Source: Halarcobacter sp.
GTDB lineage: Bacteria; Campylobacterota; Campylobacteria; Campylobacterales; Arcobacteraceae
Assembly (NCBI GenBank): GCA_048571215.1
Contig: CP182352.1
Span: forward strand, 672,001 to 736,000
DNA: 64,000 nt
Direction: 5' to 3'
The notes beneath the pieces are model-generated. The model worked only from the letters and a program-made list of their open reading frames with translations. It ran no database searches and had not been told where the DNA came from. Positions 45,558-53,421 of the stretch are shown here, piece by piece; position 1 is the stretch's first letter, and each line of letters begins with the position of its first letter. A program made the position numbers and the translations under genes.

Positions 45558-45790
45558 CTTTTTATTTTCGTATGAAAATAAATCAAATCACTAAACATAC
45601 TTTTTAAAGATTCCTGCTTTAAATCAAAAAAACATCATAGTCATTAACAGACGTTAACTCCCATAATATTTTTTCAATTTTCATTGAACTATTCTTTGTG
45701 CTTGCACTCTCTTTGAGAAAAATTATATTCATTGATTTGATTTGAATATAATTAAGTATCCTGTCTGCAGAATTTTGTCCCCAGAATTTT
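45516..45790 (+). repeat. att-like repeat copy 1 (tRNA-Asn 3' half + trailer R)
   Basis: Matches 46979-47211 and 52492-52755. Confidence 0.9.
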
Positions 45791-45902
45791 ATTTCTCGAA
45801 TTGATGTACTTTAATAGAATTAAAATGATTTTAGGTATTTTATGAATTGAATCAAAATATGTTATAATCAAAAAAAGCTTTTCAAGGACTAGAGATTCAA
45901 CC

Positions 45903-45967
45903 TCAGGGGTGTAGTTTTCAGGGGTGTAGTTTGAAGAAATCAGGGGTGTAGTTTTGGGTGTAGTTTT
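45903..45967 (+). repeat. TCAGGGGTGTAGTTT x3 plus a partial fourth copy
   Basis: Copies at 45903, 45918, 45940 and GGGTGTAGTTTT at 45956; a further copy at 47287-47299. Confidence 0.9.
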
Positions 45968-46161
45968 CTTACAAGACCTGCAACAGCAGCATGCCAACAA
46001 AATGCTGGTGATGATTGACCTGCAACATTTAATTGTTGTCCATTATTATCATAAACTATACCACCTGATTCCCAAGCTTGACAAGTATTGTTACCTATAG
46101 CAAATAAATTGCCACTTAATACTAAAAATACTGCCACTACACTAAGTAATAATTTTTTCAT
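45940..46161 (-). CDS. Small secreted protein with two Cys (73 aa)
   Basis: Signal peptide MKKLLLSVVAVFLVLSGNLFA; AAGGT upstream; C-terminus KLHPKLHP reads into the repeat. Confidence 0.65.
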   Translation of the reverse strand: MKKLLLSVVAVFLVLSGNLFAIGNNTCQAWESGGIVYDNNGQQLNVAGQSSPAFCWHAAVAGLVRKLHPKLHP

Positions 46162-46247
46162 ATTGTACCTTTTTTTGAATTGAGATATTTTTATCTTCAC
46201 TTAACTTAAATAATATTAAAATATATTAAAATATAATAGGAATAGAT

Positions 46248-46982
46248 ATGAAAATAAATAATATAAATTATACTTACAATAAAAGTATTGATTCTAATAG
46301 CCAAACTACAACTCAAAATGTATCTTTTGCTGAAGAAATGAATAAAGTTACTGATTCAAAAGTTATAGAAACAAAAGGAAAAATTTTAACCTTCTTAGAA
46401 AAAATAAATGCTTTTGAAGGATTTACTAAAGAAGAAGAAATAAAATTTAAAACTATATTAAAAGATGATAAGGTGACTCAAAAAGAGTTTGAGTCAATAC
46501 CTTATGAGATGTTAGATAAATTTAAAACCTTAGTATTACCTACTAATAATTCAAACTTTGGAGAGTTTCAATATGTTGAAATGACTAATAAATCAAAACT
46601 AATGCTATCAACAACTGCTTTATCAGGAGATAAACTCTTTAATCAATCTGTATATGAAACTTATGGAAATATGTCAGAAGATGATATTGTCAATATGTCT
46701 TTAGAATTAAGTATTAATCTTAACCAAGCTTACAATCAAGATGACTTAAAAGTTTTCTATATAGGGATATTAGAAAAGACAAATAATATTTCACCTGATA
46801 TGATGAAACAAATGACTTTAGATTTTCAAAAAGTTTTACTAGATATGCTTAATATGTCTAATGATTATATAGAAACAGTGAAAGACCCTCAAGTATTAAA
46901 ACAACTATATAGTACAAAAAACTTTTATTCATCAATTTTAGATAATTATAATGAATTAAGAAGTGAGTCTAGCTATGTTTAA
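46248..46982 (+). CDS. Hypothetical protein 'ORF-A' (S/T/N/Q-rich N-terminus)
   Basis: 244-aa ORF with AGGA RBS; stop codon overlaps att-like repeat copy 2. Confidence 0.75.
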   Translation: MKINNINYTYNKSIDSNSQTTTQNVSFAEEMNKVTDSKVIETKGKILTFLEKINAFEGFTKEEEIKFKTILKDDKVTQKEFESIPYEMLDKFKTLVLPTNNSNFGEFQYVEMTNKSKLMLSTTALSGDKLFNQSVYETYGNMSEDDIVNMSLELSINLNQAYNQDDLKVFYIGILEKTNNISPDMMKQMTLDFQKVLLDMLNMSNDYIETVKDPQVLKQLYSTKNFYSSILDNYNELRSESSYV

Positions 46983-47211
46983 TTATTTGATCCTTGGTTA
47001 GAATCCAGGTGTCGGAGCCACTTTTTATTTTCGTCTGAAAATAAATCAAATCACTAAACATACTTTTTAAAGATTCCTGCTTTAAATCAAAAAAACATCA
47101 TAGTCATTAACAGACGTTAACTCTTATAATATTTTTTCAATTTTCATTGAACTATTCAAAAATTATATTCATTGATTTGAATATAATTAAGTATCTTGTT
47201 CCCAGAATTTT
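46979..47211 (+). repeat. att-like repeat copy 2
   Basis: ttaattatttgatccttggttagaatccaggtgtcggagcca (5/42 mismatches to the tRNA) plus trailer R with a 23-nt deletion. Confidence 0.9.
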
Positions 47212-47397
47212 AGAATTTTAAAAAATTGAATTAATTCTAGGGATTAACAAATTAGTTTGAAATAAGTAAAAATGGAGATTCAATCACAGGGGTGTAGTTA
47301 TGGTTCAACCTCTTTTTTGTCTTCTTGAAAAAAGAAAAATAAGCCCCAGATAATGACTATTGAGGCTAATATTATCAATTTCATATAAAACTCTTTT

Positions 47398-48069
47398 TTA
47401 AGCATATGGTTGGTAAGAATTTTCTTTATCACTATAGTTTTTAGTATATAAATCTAAAATATCCTCATAAAACTTTGCATAGTCTTTTGCTTGTTGTCCA
47501 ACAACACTTTGTTTTGAATGGTGTGTTTGTGCCATTGATAGTAAAAAATCTTTGAATTCACTTGATGATAAGTTTTGTGTTGAATTAGCTGTATTATCAT
47601 TGTAATTAAAGATAAGTTCACCATTATTATCTATTCCTAACATACTATAATTTGGATTTAGTTCTTTCCCAGCTTTAAATCTTTTTAGGTTTTGATTTAA
47701 ATCAGATTGATAATTTATAGCATCACCTAGAGACATATTTGAAAGTTTGTTAAACATATTATTTTGCATATCTTTATTTTCAAATTGTGAGGCAGCAAAT
47801 AAAGATATCCCCATTAAAAAAGCTTTTTCATCCCCAAATTTATCTTTTAATTTTTCTTTAAGTTCATTTCTTTCTTCTAAAGACATATTTTTAAAAGCTT
47901 GTACATCTAATAGATCAACTTCTTTATTTTCTTCAATTTCATTTCTATTTGATTCTACCTCTTGCATAGCACTTAAAAAATCACCTGATGTTGACTCTGT
48001 TTTAGAAGTAGAATTACCACTTTGAGTTTGATAGCTTGTATAACTTTGTTGTGTTGCTGTTACATTCAT
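47398..48069 (-). CDS. Hypothetical protein, MNV..TQQ family paralogue
   Basis: 223-aa ORF with AAGGA RBS; N-terminus shared with 48113-48721; C-terminal resemblance to ORF-A. Confidence 0.75.
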   Translation of the reverse strand: MNVTATQQSYTSYQTQSGNSTSKTESTSGDFLSAMQEVESNRNEIEENKEVDLLDVQAFKNMSLEERNELKEKLKDKFGDEKAFLMGISLFAASQFENKDMQNNMFNKLSNMSLGDAINYQSDLNQNLKRFKAGKELNPNYSMLGIDNNGELIFNYNDNTANSTQNLSSSEFKDFLLSMAQTHHSKQSVVGQQAKDYAKFYEDILDLYTKNYSDKENSYQPYA

Positions 48070-48085
48070 AATTTATCCTTTAAAT

Positions 48086-48113
48086 ATAAAAGATGGAATA
48101 TTTCATCTTTTAT
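48086..48113 (-). terminator. Hairpin between the two MNV paralogues
   Basis: ataaaagatg-gaatattt-catcttttat; degenerate copy at ~48738-48766. Confidence 0.55.
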
Positions 48114-48721
48114 CAATTTGCATTTTGATTATTTCCCATTGTTTTATATTGGTTTTCTTGTTCTTTTGATTGGTAGTCTTTGAAGAAGTTTTGAGCATCT
48201 GTTAATAGTTCTAGCATATAAGAGATATCTCCTCCAAATTTTTTTGCTCCTTCTTCTATATCCTTAATTTCATTCCCAAAGTACTTCATAATACTTCCAA
48301 TTGATGAAAACTCTTTTGAAGGGTCTTTTTTATGATATTCAGCTACAACATTACCATTTTCATCTTCCATTAATTTACCTCCAAAAGAATTCAAAAATTT
48401 TCCACTCAAAAGCATATAATCTCTTACTGATAAATCGGCTAAATAGTATAAAAATTCATTTTTTGCATTTTGATCTTTTTCAAATATTGAATCTTCAAAC
48501 CATTTATTATCTCCATCTTGAAAAGCATTATATCTTTCTAATCCAAGTTGATATTCTTCATCATACTCTTCTTCTTTTAATTTTGCTGTATTCTCTGTTT
48601 TATAAGATCCAGTATTTTCTAAAATATCTAAAAATTTTTCTTTAGATTCAGTATTAGTAGTAGGATTACTACTTTGAGTTTGATAGTTTGTATAGTTTTG
48701 TTGAGTCTCTGCTACATTCAT
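48113..48721 (-). CDS. Hypothetical protein, MNV..TQQ family paralogue
   Basis: 202-aa ORF with AAGGA RBS; MNVAETQQNYTNYQTQS. Confidence 0.75.
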   Translation of the reverse strand: MNVAETQQNYTNYQTQSSNPTTNTESKEKFLDILENTGSYKTENTAKLKEEEYDEEYQLGLERYNAFQDGDNKWFEDSIFEKDQNAKNEFLYYLADLSVRDYMLLSGKFLNSFGGKLMEDENGNVVAEYHKKDPSKEFSSIGSIMKYFGNEIKDIEEGAKKFGGDISYMLELLTDAQNFFKDYQSKEQENQYKTMGNNQNAN

Positions 48722-48770
48722 ATTTTATCCTTTAGAAATAAAAGATATAAGTATTCCGTCTTTTATCTAT

Positions 48771-48880
48771 TTATTGTACATCTAATTCAACTACATAATC
48801 AGCATAGTGTTTTACTATAATATTCCCAGAACCTACATCTTCATTGTATTCAAACCAATATCTTTTTCCATAAATATAAA
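48771..48880 (-). pseudogene. Possible 3' gene remnant
   Basis: Open stretch ...YGKRYWFEYNEDVGSGNIIVKHYADYVVELDVQ* with no evident start. Confidence 0.35.
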
Positions 48881-49600
48881 ATATATATTTATATATTATA
48901 TTAACTATATTTTATTATTAATAAATTATAGTTAATCTACGTCACTTTTACGTCACAATTTATATATAATTTTATAATTATATTTTTTTCTTTAAATTTT
49001 CAATTATCCTACTATATTTCCAACCCAATCAATCAACAGTTCAAGATTCTCTAAATTGATTTTTTTAATCAGCTGGATTAGTAACTGAAATTCAATTGGC
49101 AATAGCTTCAACACTTAAAGGCTCATCTATATTTAAAGATATAAGTTTATTTATAAACTTAACTAGATTTGTTTTAGTTAGAGTATTAAATCAAGTGTCA
49201 TTGTCTAAATTTAAATGAATAATTTTTAAATCTATATTTTGTACATTTAAATTTAAACCTTGTATTTGAAATGAATTATTTTGAAGATTACTATAAGCTT
49301 ATCTGTAATACTTTTAGGGATTAAATCAAATCAGTTAGCTATCATAAATTTTAATATTTCAATTTGTTTTTCTTTGGCTTCTTCTTTTCTAGTTACCAGA
49401 TTTTAATTTCAAATTTATACTCTTTAACTATACCTTTCTGTACTTTTTTAACTCTTTTTTGAATATTAGAAAACTTCTCTTTGATAGTTTGAATTTTTTC
49501 TTTTAGTTCACTAGAAGAGTTATAGTTTCAAAGAGCAAAAATATCAGCTTGAGTAATTAAATCCTTTGATTCTATTTGCATGCTTTCGTATACTTTATTT

Positions 49601-49675
49601 ATATCTCATAATGAAATGATTAAAAAGTTTGATTAATTAAAGAGCTAAAAAAAGTTTAATAAAAGATATGTTTAA
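49601..49675 (+). repeat. ~75-bp direct repeat, copy 1
   Basis: atatctcataatgaaatgattaaaaagtttgattaattaaagag...aaagtttaataaaagatatg; matches 50910-50983. Confidence 0.85.
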
Positions 49676-50015
49676 TGTTTTTTATTTTGTTATGAAATAA
49701 AAATCTAAAGGTAGAATGGGATGTTAGTCTCACAGTATAGCTCTGATAGGAATGAAATTAAATCTTGATTTGATTGGAATGGATAATAGGAAATGGCTTT
49801 ATAAAATAATATTATACATTTTTAATTTTAGATTATAAATAATTGATAATGATATAAATAATAAATAAAAAATCACTTTTTTAATACTATTATTTATTAG
49901 TTAGTATTATTCTTCATAGAGTTGACTTTAATAGGAGTAGTGGATGGTGATAAAACTACAATTGTTAATTATAATTATATTGTAGGGTGTAATATTGAAA
50001 AATTAAGGAGAGAAA

Positions 50016-50729
50016 ATGTTAGTTAACAAAAAAATAGTACTTCAAGGATTTATAGTTGTCTTTGTAGTTATTTTTCAAGGGTGTGCTTATAGTGGTAATC
50101 AAATTGTTGAGGATTCTGTTGGCGCGAATAGAGATAGTGTGCTTGGTAAATATGAAAGTGGAGTTGGAACGCTTGCTGTTACTTCAGATAGAAGAATGGT
50201 TGTCGTAAATATGAAAAATTCAGAGTTTTGTGCTGAACCTGAACCTTTAACTGCAAGTAGCTTTACCTCAAAATTAGAGGCTTTATTAGATGCAACAGTT
50301 AAAGATGATGTTGATGCAAAAGTTGAGTTTATGAGAGAGTATAACACTGTAATTTCTCAATTATTCAAATCGTCACAAGGTTTACGTTTCGCACAGATAC
50401 TACAATATAATTTATGTCAAGCGGCAAGAAATAAGGATATAGATGATAAAACTAGTTTTGAAGATATTTTTAAATATATTTCAAGATTATCAAAAGATAT
50501 TATTATTGCAGAAAATAACGTTGAAAAGGTTAATCAGACAATAACAATCTCAAAACAAAAGGAATTATCAAGTAAGTTGGAAAAAGAAATAAAGACTAAA
50601 GATGAGTCAATAAAGACTTTAAAAGAATCTAATAAAACTCTTCAAACCGAAGTTAAAAATTTAAAGGAAGAAAAAATGGTTCATGAAAAAGAAATTGAGT
50701 ACTTGAAAAAAATGGTTGAAAAAAAGTAG
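50016..50729 (+). CDS. Putative lipoprotein with C-terminal coiled coil
   Basis: Hydrophobic leader ending in lipobox FQGC; AAGGAG RBS; K/E heptad tail. Confidence 0.75.
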   Translation: MLVNKKIVLQGFIVVFVVIFQGCAYSGNQIVEDSVGANRDSVLGKYESGVGTLAVTSDRRMVVVNMKNSEFCAEPEPLTASSFTSKLEALLDATVKDDVDAKVEFMREYNTVISQLFKSSQGLRFAQILQYNLCQAARNKDIDDKTSFEDIFKYISRLSKDIIIAENNVEKVNQTITISKQKELSSKLEKEIKTKDESIKTLKESNKTLQTEVKNLKEEKMVHEKEIEYLKKMVEKK

Positions 50730-50909
50730 GTTTATAAAAAAAGTATAAAAGGATACTTGTCTTCTTTTCAAACTTTAAGAAGATAAAAAATTAAACTCTA
50801 TATTTTCTAGCTCTATAATTTAGTTCATCGAGCTTTTAATAAATGAAATAGAGATATTTTTGTTCAAAAGAAAATGTAATTGTAAAATTCAATTTAGTAT
50901 CAATAAATA

Positions 50910-50983
50910 ATATCTCATAATGAAATGACTAAAAAGTTTGATTAATTAAAGAGGTAGGAAAAGTTTAATAAAGATATGCTTAA
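50910..50983 (+). repeat. ~75-bp direct repeat, copy 2
   Basis: Matches 49601-49675. Confidence 0.85.
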
Positions 50984-51049
50984 AATTTATATCTTTATAA
51001 CATTATTTTTGTGTGCAAGAGAAATGCAACTTGTAAAAAGGAAAAGAAA

Positions 51050-52090
51050 ATGCCATTTTATAATAAAATAGATAAAAAGACTAAAGAGGGGAAAAGAACA
51101 GTTGAGGGTTTATTTAGGTTAAAAAAACAGTTAAAAGAAGAGGTTCCTATGCGAAATTTAAATGATAATATTCTTCTAGGAACTTGGAATATAAGAGAAT
51201 TTGATTCACCTGCATATGGAGAAAGAAAAGAAGAATCTATAATGTATATAGCTGAAATAATATCACATTTTGATATTGTAGCTATTCAAGAAGTTAGAGC
51301 AAATCTAAAAGCACTAAAAAAACTAAAATATAGACTAGGTTCAAATTGGGATTATATAGTTTCTGATGTTACAAGTGGGAAAAAAGGGAATAAAGAAAGA
51401 ATGGCTTTCCTTTTTGATACTAGAAAAATTACTTTTGGTGGACTTGCTGGGGAATTAGTACTCTCTCCTATCAGAGATAAAGAAGTATCTCAAATAGCAA
51501 GAACACCTTTTATGTGTGGATTTAATGCAGGATGGATTAACTTTGTCCTTTCAACGGTACATATTATATATGGAGAAAATAATAAAAATAATCTTGAAAG
51601 AATTAAAGAAATAGAAGAGATTGCAGTAGTTATTAAAAATAAAGCAGAAGATGAAAACTCATGGAGTAAAAACTTTGTTTTATTAGGAGACTTTAATATA
51701 TACAGTCCTAAAGACAAAACAATGGAAGCTTTACAAAAGAATAAATTTATAGTTCCAGATGATTTAAAAAAGCTTCCTAGTAATGCAATAAAAAATAAAC
51801 ATTATGATCAAATTGCATTCCCATTAAATAGTGATTTAAAAAGAACTAATAATTCAGGCGTTTTTGATTTTTTTAAAAGTGTTTATCGTATAGAAGATGA
51901 AATAGAATATATTAAAGAGATGGGAGATAATTATTATAAAACTTCAAAGGGGGAAATTAGAACTTCTAAAAGCAAAAAGAGTTATTATAAAACATATTGG
52001 CGTACTCACCAAATGTCAGACCATTTATTAATGTGGATAGAATTAGAAATTAATCAATCACATAAATACTTATTAAGAGAAAAGGTTTAA
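51050..52090 (+). CDS. Endonuclease/exonuclease/phosphatase (EEP, DNase I-like) protein
   Basis: TWNIREF, AIQEV, LGDFN, YDQI, SDH; start MPFY behind AAGGA. Confidence 0.88.
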   Translation: MPFYNKIDKKTKEGKRTVEGLFRLKKQLKEEVPMRNLNDNILLGTWNIREFDSPAYGERKEESIMYIAEIISHFDIVAIQEVRANLKALKKLKYRLGSNWDYIVSDVTSGKKGNKERMAFLFDTRKITFGGLAGELVLSPIRDKEVSQIARTPFMCGFNAGWINFVLSTVHIIYGENNKNNLERIKEIEEIAVVIKNKAEDENSWSKNFVLLGDFNIYSPKDKTMEALQKNKFIVPDDLKKLPSNAIKNKHYDQIAFPLNSDLKRTNNSGVFDFFKSVYRIEDEIEYIKEMGDNYYKTSKGEIRTSKSKKSYYKTYWRTHQMSDHLLMWIELEINQSHKYLLREKV

Positions 52091-52120
52091 ATATTAAGAG
52101 TATAAATGGTAAGTGTAATC

Positions 52121-52495
52121 TGTCAACAATTAGTTTATCAGAGAATCAATTTTTTAATCAATTTGTATATAAAACTTATGAAAAAATGACAGAAGATGAT
52201 ATTATTAATATATCTTTAGAATTAAATATAAATTTTACACAAGCTTATAATCAAGATGATTTAGAAGTTTTTTATATAAAAGGAATATTAAAAAAGACTA
52301 ATAAAATCTCACCTGATGTAATGGAACAAATGACTTTAGATTTAAAGTTTTACTTGATATAATTAATAAGTCTAGTAATTATATGAAACAGTAAAAGACC
52401 CTTAAGTATTAAAATAACTTCACAATACAAAAAACTTTTATACATCAGTTTTAGATAATTATAATGAATTAAAAAGTGAGTCTAGCTATGTTTAA
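52121..52495 (+). pseudogene. Decayed 3' half of an ORF-A paralogue
   Basis: Nucleotide similarity to ~46605-46982 with frameshifts and stops; same ending gagtctagctatgtttaa. Confidence 0.85.
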
Positions 52496-52755
52496 TTATT
52501 TGGTCCCTAGTTCGAATCTAGATGCTGGAGCCATTTTTTATTTTCGTATGAAAATAAATCAAATCACTAAACATACTTTTTAAAGATTCCTGCTTTAAAT
52601 TAAAAAAACATCATAGTCATTAACAGATGTTAACTCTTATAATATTTTTTCAATTTTCATTGAACTATTCTTTGTGCTTGCACTCTCTTTGAGAAAAATT
52701 ATATTCATTGATTTGATTTTAATATAATTAAGTATCTTGTTCCCAGAATTTTGTC
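52492..52755 (+). repeat. att-like repeat copy 3
   Basis: ttaattatttggtccctagttcgaatctagatgctggagcca (5/42 mismatches) plus full trailer R. Confidence 0.9.
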
Positions 52756-52816
52756 AAAACTTTCAAAAGAAGCACAAGCTTTTTGGAATATAAAATAAGT
52801 ATTATTTAGTTTATTT

Positions 52817-53047
52817 TTATACTGCTTTATCCATGTCAAGTAATACCTCTGTATGTATTTGAATATTTTTCTTATTTTCATAAAGTATCACAATATATCC
52901 ATTGTCAGTTTTTATATGATTTCTGTAATATGTTTTAATAGAGGAATATTTTTCAACAAGAAGTACTTTGCACTTATTTTTAAGTTTTTGTGCTAGATTT
53001 AGATCTTTTTTTGATGCATTTATGATGGTGATATCGTAATGTGTCAC
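52817..53047 (-). CDS. Small hypothetical protein
   Basis: 76 aa; start overlaps the VanZ stop, last gene of the operon. Confidence 0.5.
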   Translation of the reverse strand: MTHYDITIINASKKDLNLAQKLKNKCKVLLVEKYSSIKTYYRNHIKTDNGYIVILYENKKNIQIHTEVLLDMDKAV

Positions 53048-53421
53048 TTTTTTCTCCTTAACATTGAAAATAAAACTATTCCTATAAAATTAGCCAATAA
53101 ATCTCCTGAATCAAAAGTGCGAGAACTAATAAAGTATTGAGTAAACTCTTCTATTGTGGAAAAACTTACTATTAGAAGTGAGCCTAATAAAATATGCCAT
53201 GAACTAATTTTACGATAATTCAAACCATAATTTAATAAAAATGCCATCATTCCATAGAGTAGGGCATGAGCTATTTTATCACCATAAGGAACATCTCCAA
53301 TAACCTTAAAAGCAAAGTTATAGTCTGCTGTATCTGCTAGAAAGATGATATAACTTATAAAGATAAAAAATATTAATGGAAATAATAATCTATATTGTAA
53401 ACTTATCATATTTTTCACCAT
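53044..53421 (-). CDS. VanZ-family membrane protein
   Basis: DKIAHALLYG, EEFTQYFISSRTFD..DLLAN. Confidence 0.85.
   Translation of the reverse strand: MVKNMISLQYRLLFPLIFFIFISYIIFLADTADYNFAFKVIGDVPYGDKIAHALLYGMMAFLLNYGLNYRKISSWHILLGSLLIVSFSTIEEFTQYFISSRTFDSGDLLANFIGIVLFSMLRRKK

Larger units (their letters stand above)
45516..52755. mobile_element. tRNA-Asn-anchored genomic island / cassette array, no integrase visible
   Basis: Three att-like direct repeats, orphan cargo, decayed ORFs. Confidence 0.7.

Noticed and set aside
45903..45967. CRISPR array
   Set aside because: Repeats are 15 bp, abutting or 7 bp apart, with no unique spacers and no cas genes
45752..46000. 82-aa minus-strand ORF with YTPE repeats
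   Set aside because: Alternative-frame reading of the GGGTGTAG repeats; overlaps a better ORF and has no RBS
46979..47020. Additional functional tRNA genes here and at 52492-52533
   Set aside because: Only 3' halves; no 5' acceptor strand or D-arm, and mismatches in the stems or T-loop
48771..48880. Integrase C-terminus (KHYADYV resembles the catalytic Tyr region)
   Set aside because: No preceding LGH or HxxR motif; too short to call without a search
49601..49628. dif/pdif-like Xer site
   Set aside because: The left part resembles a XerC arm (ctcataa) but there is no XerD arm (TTATGTTAAA) and no convincing difH match
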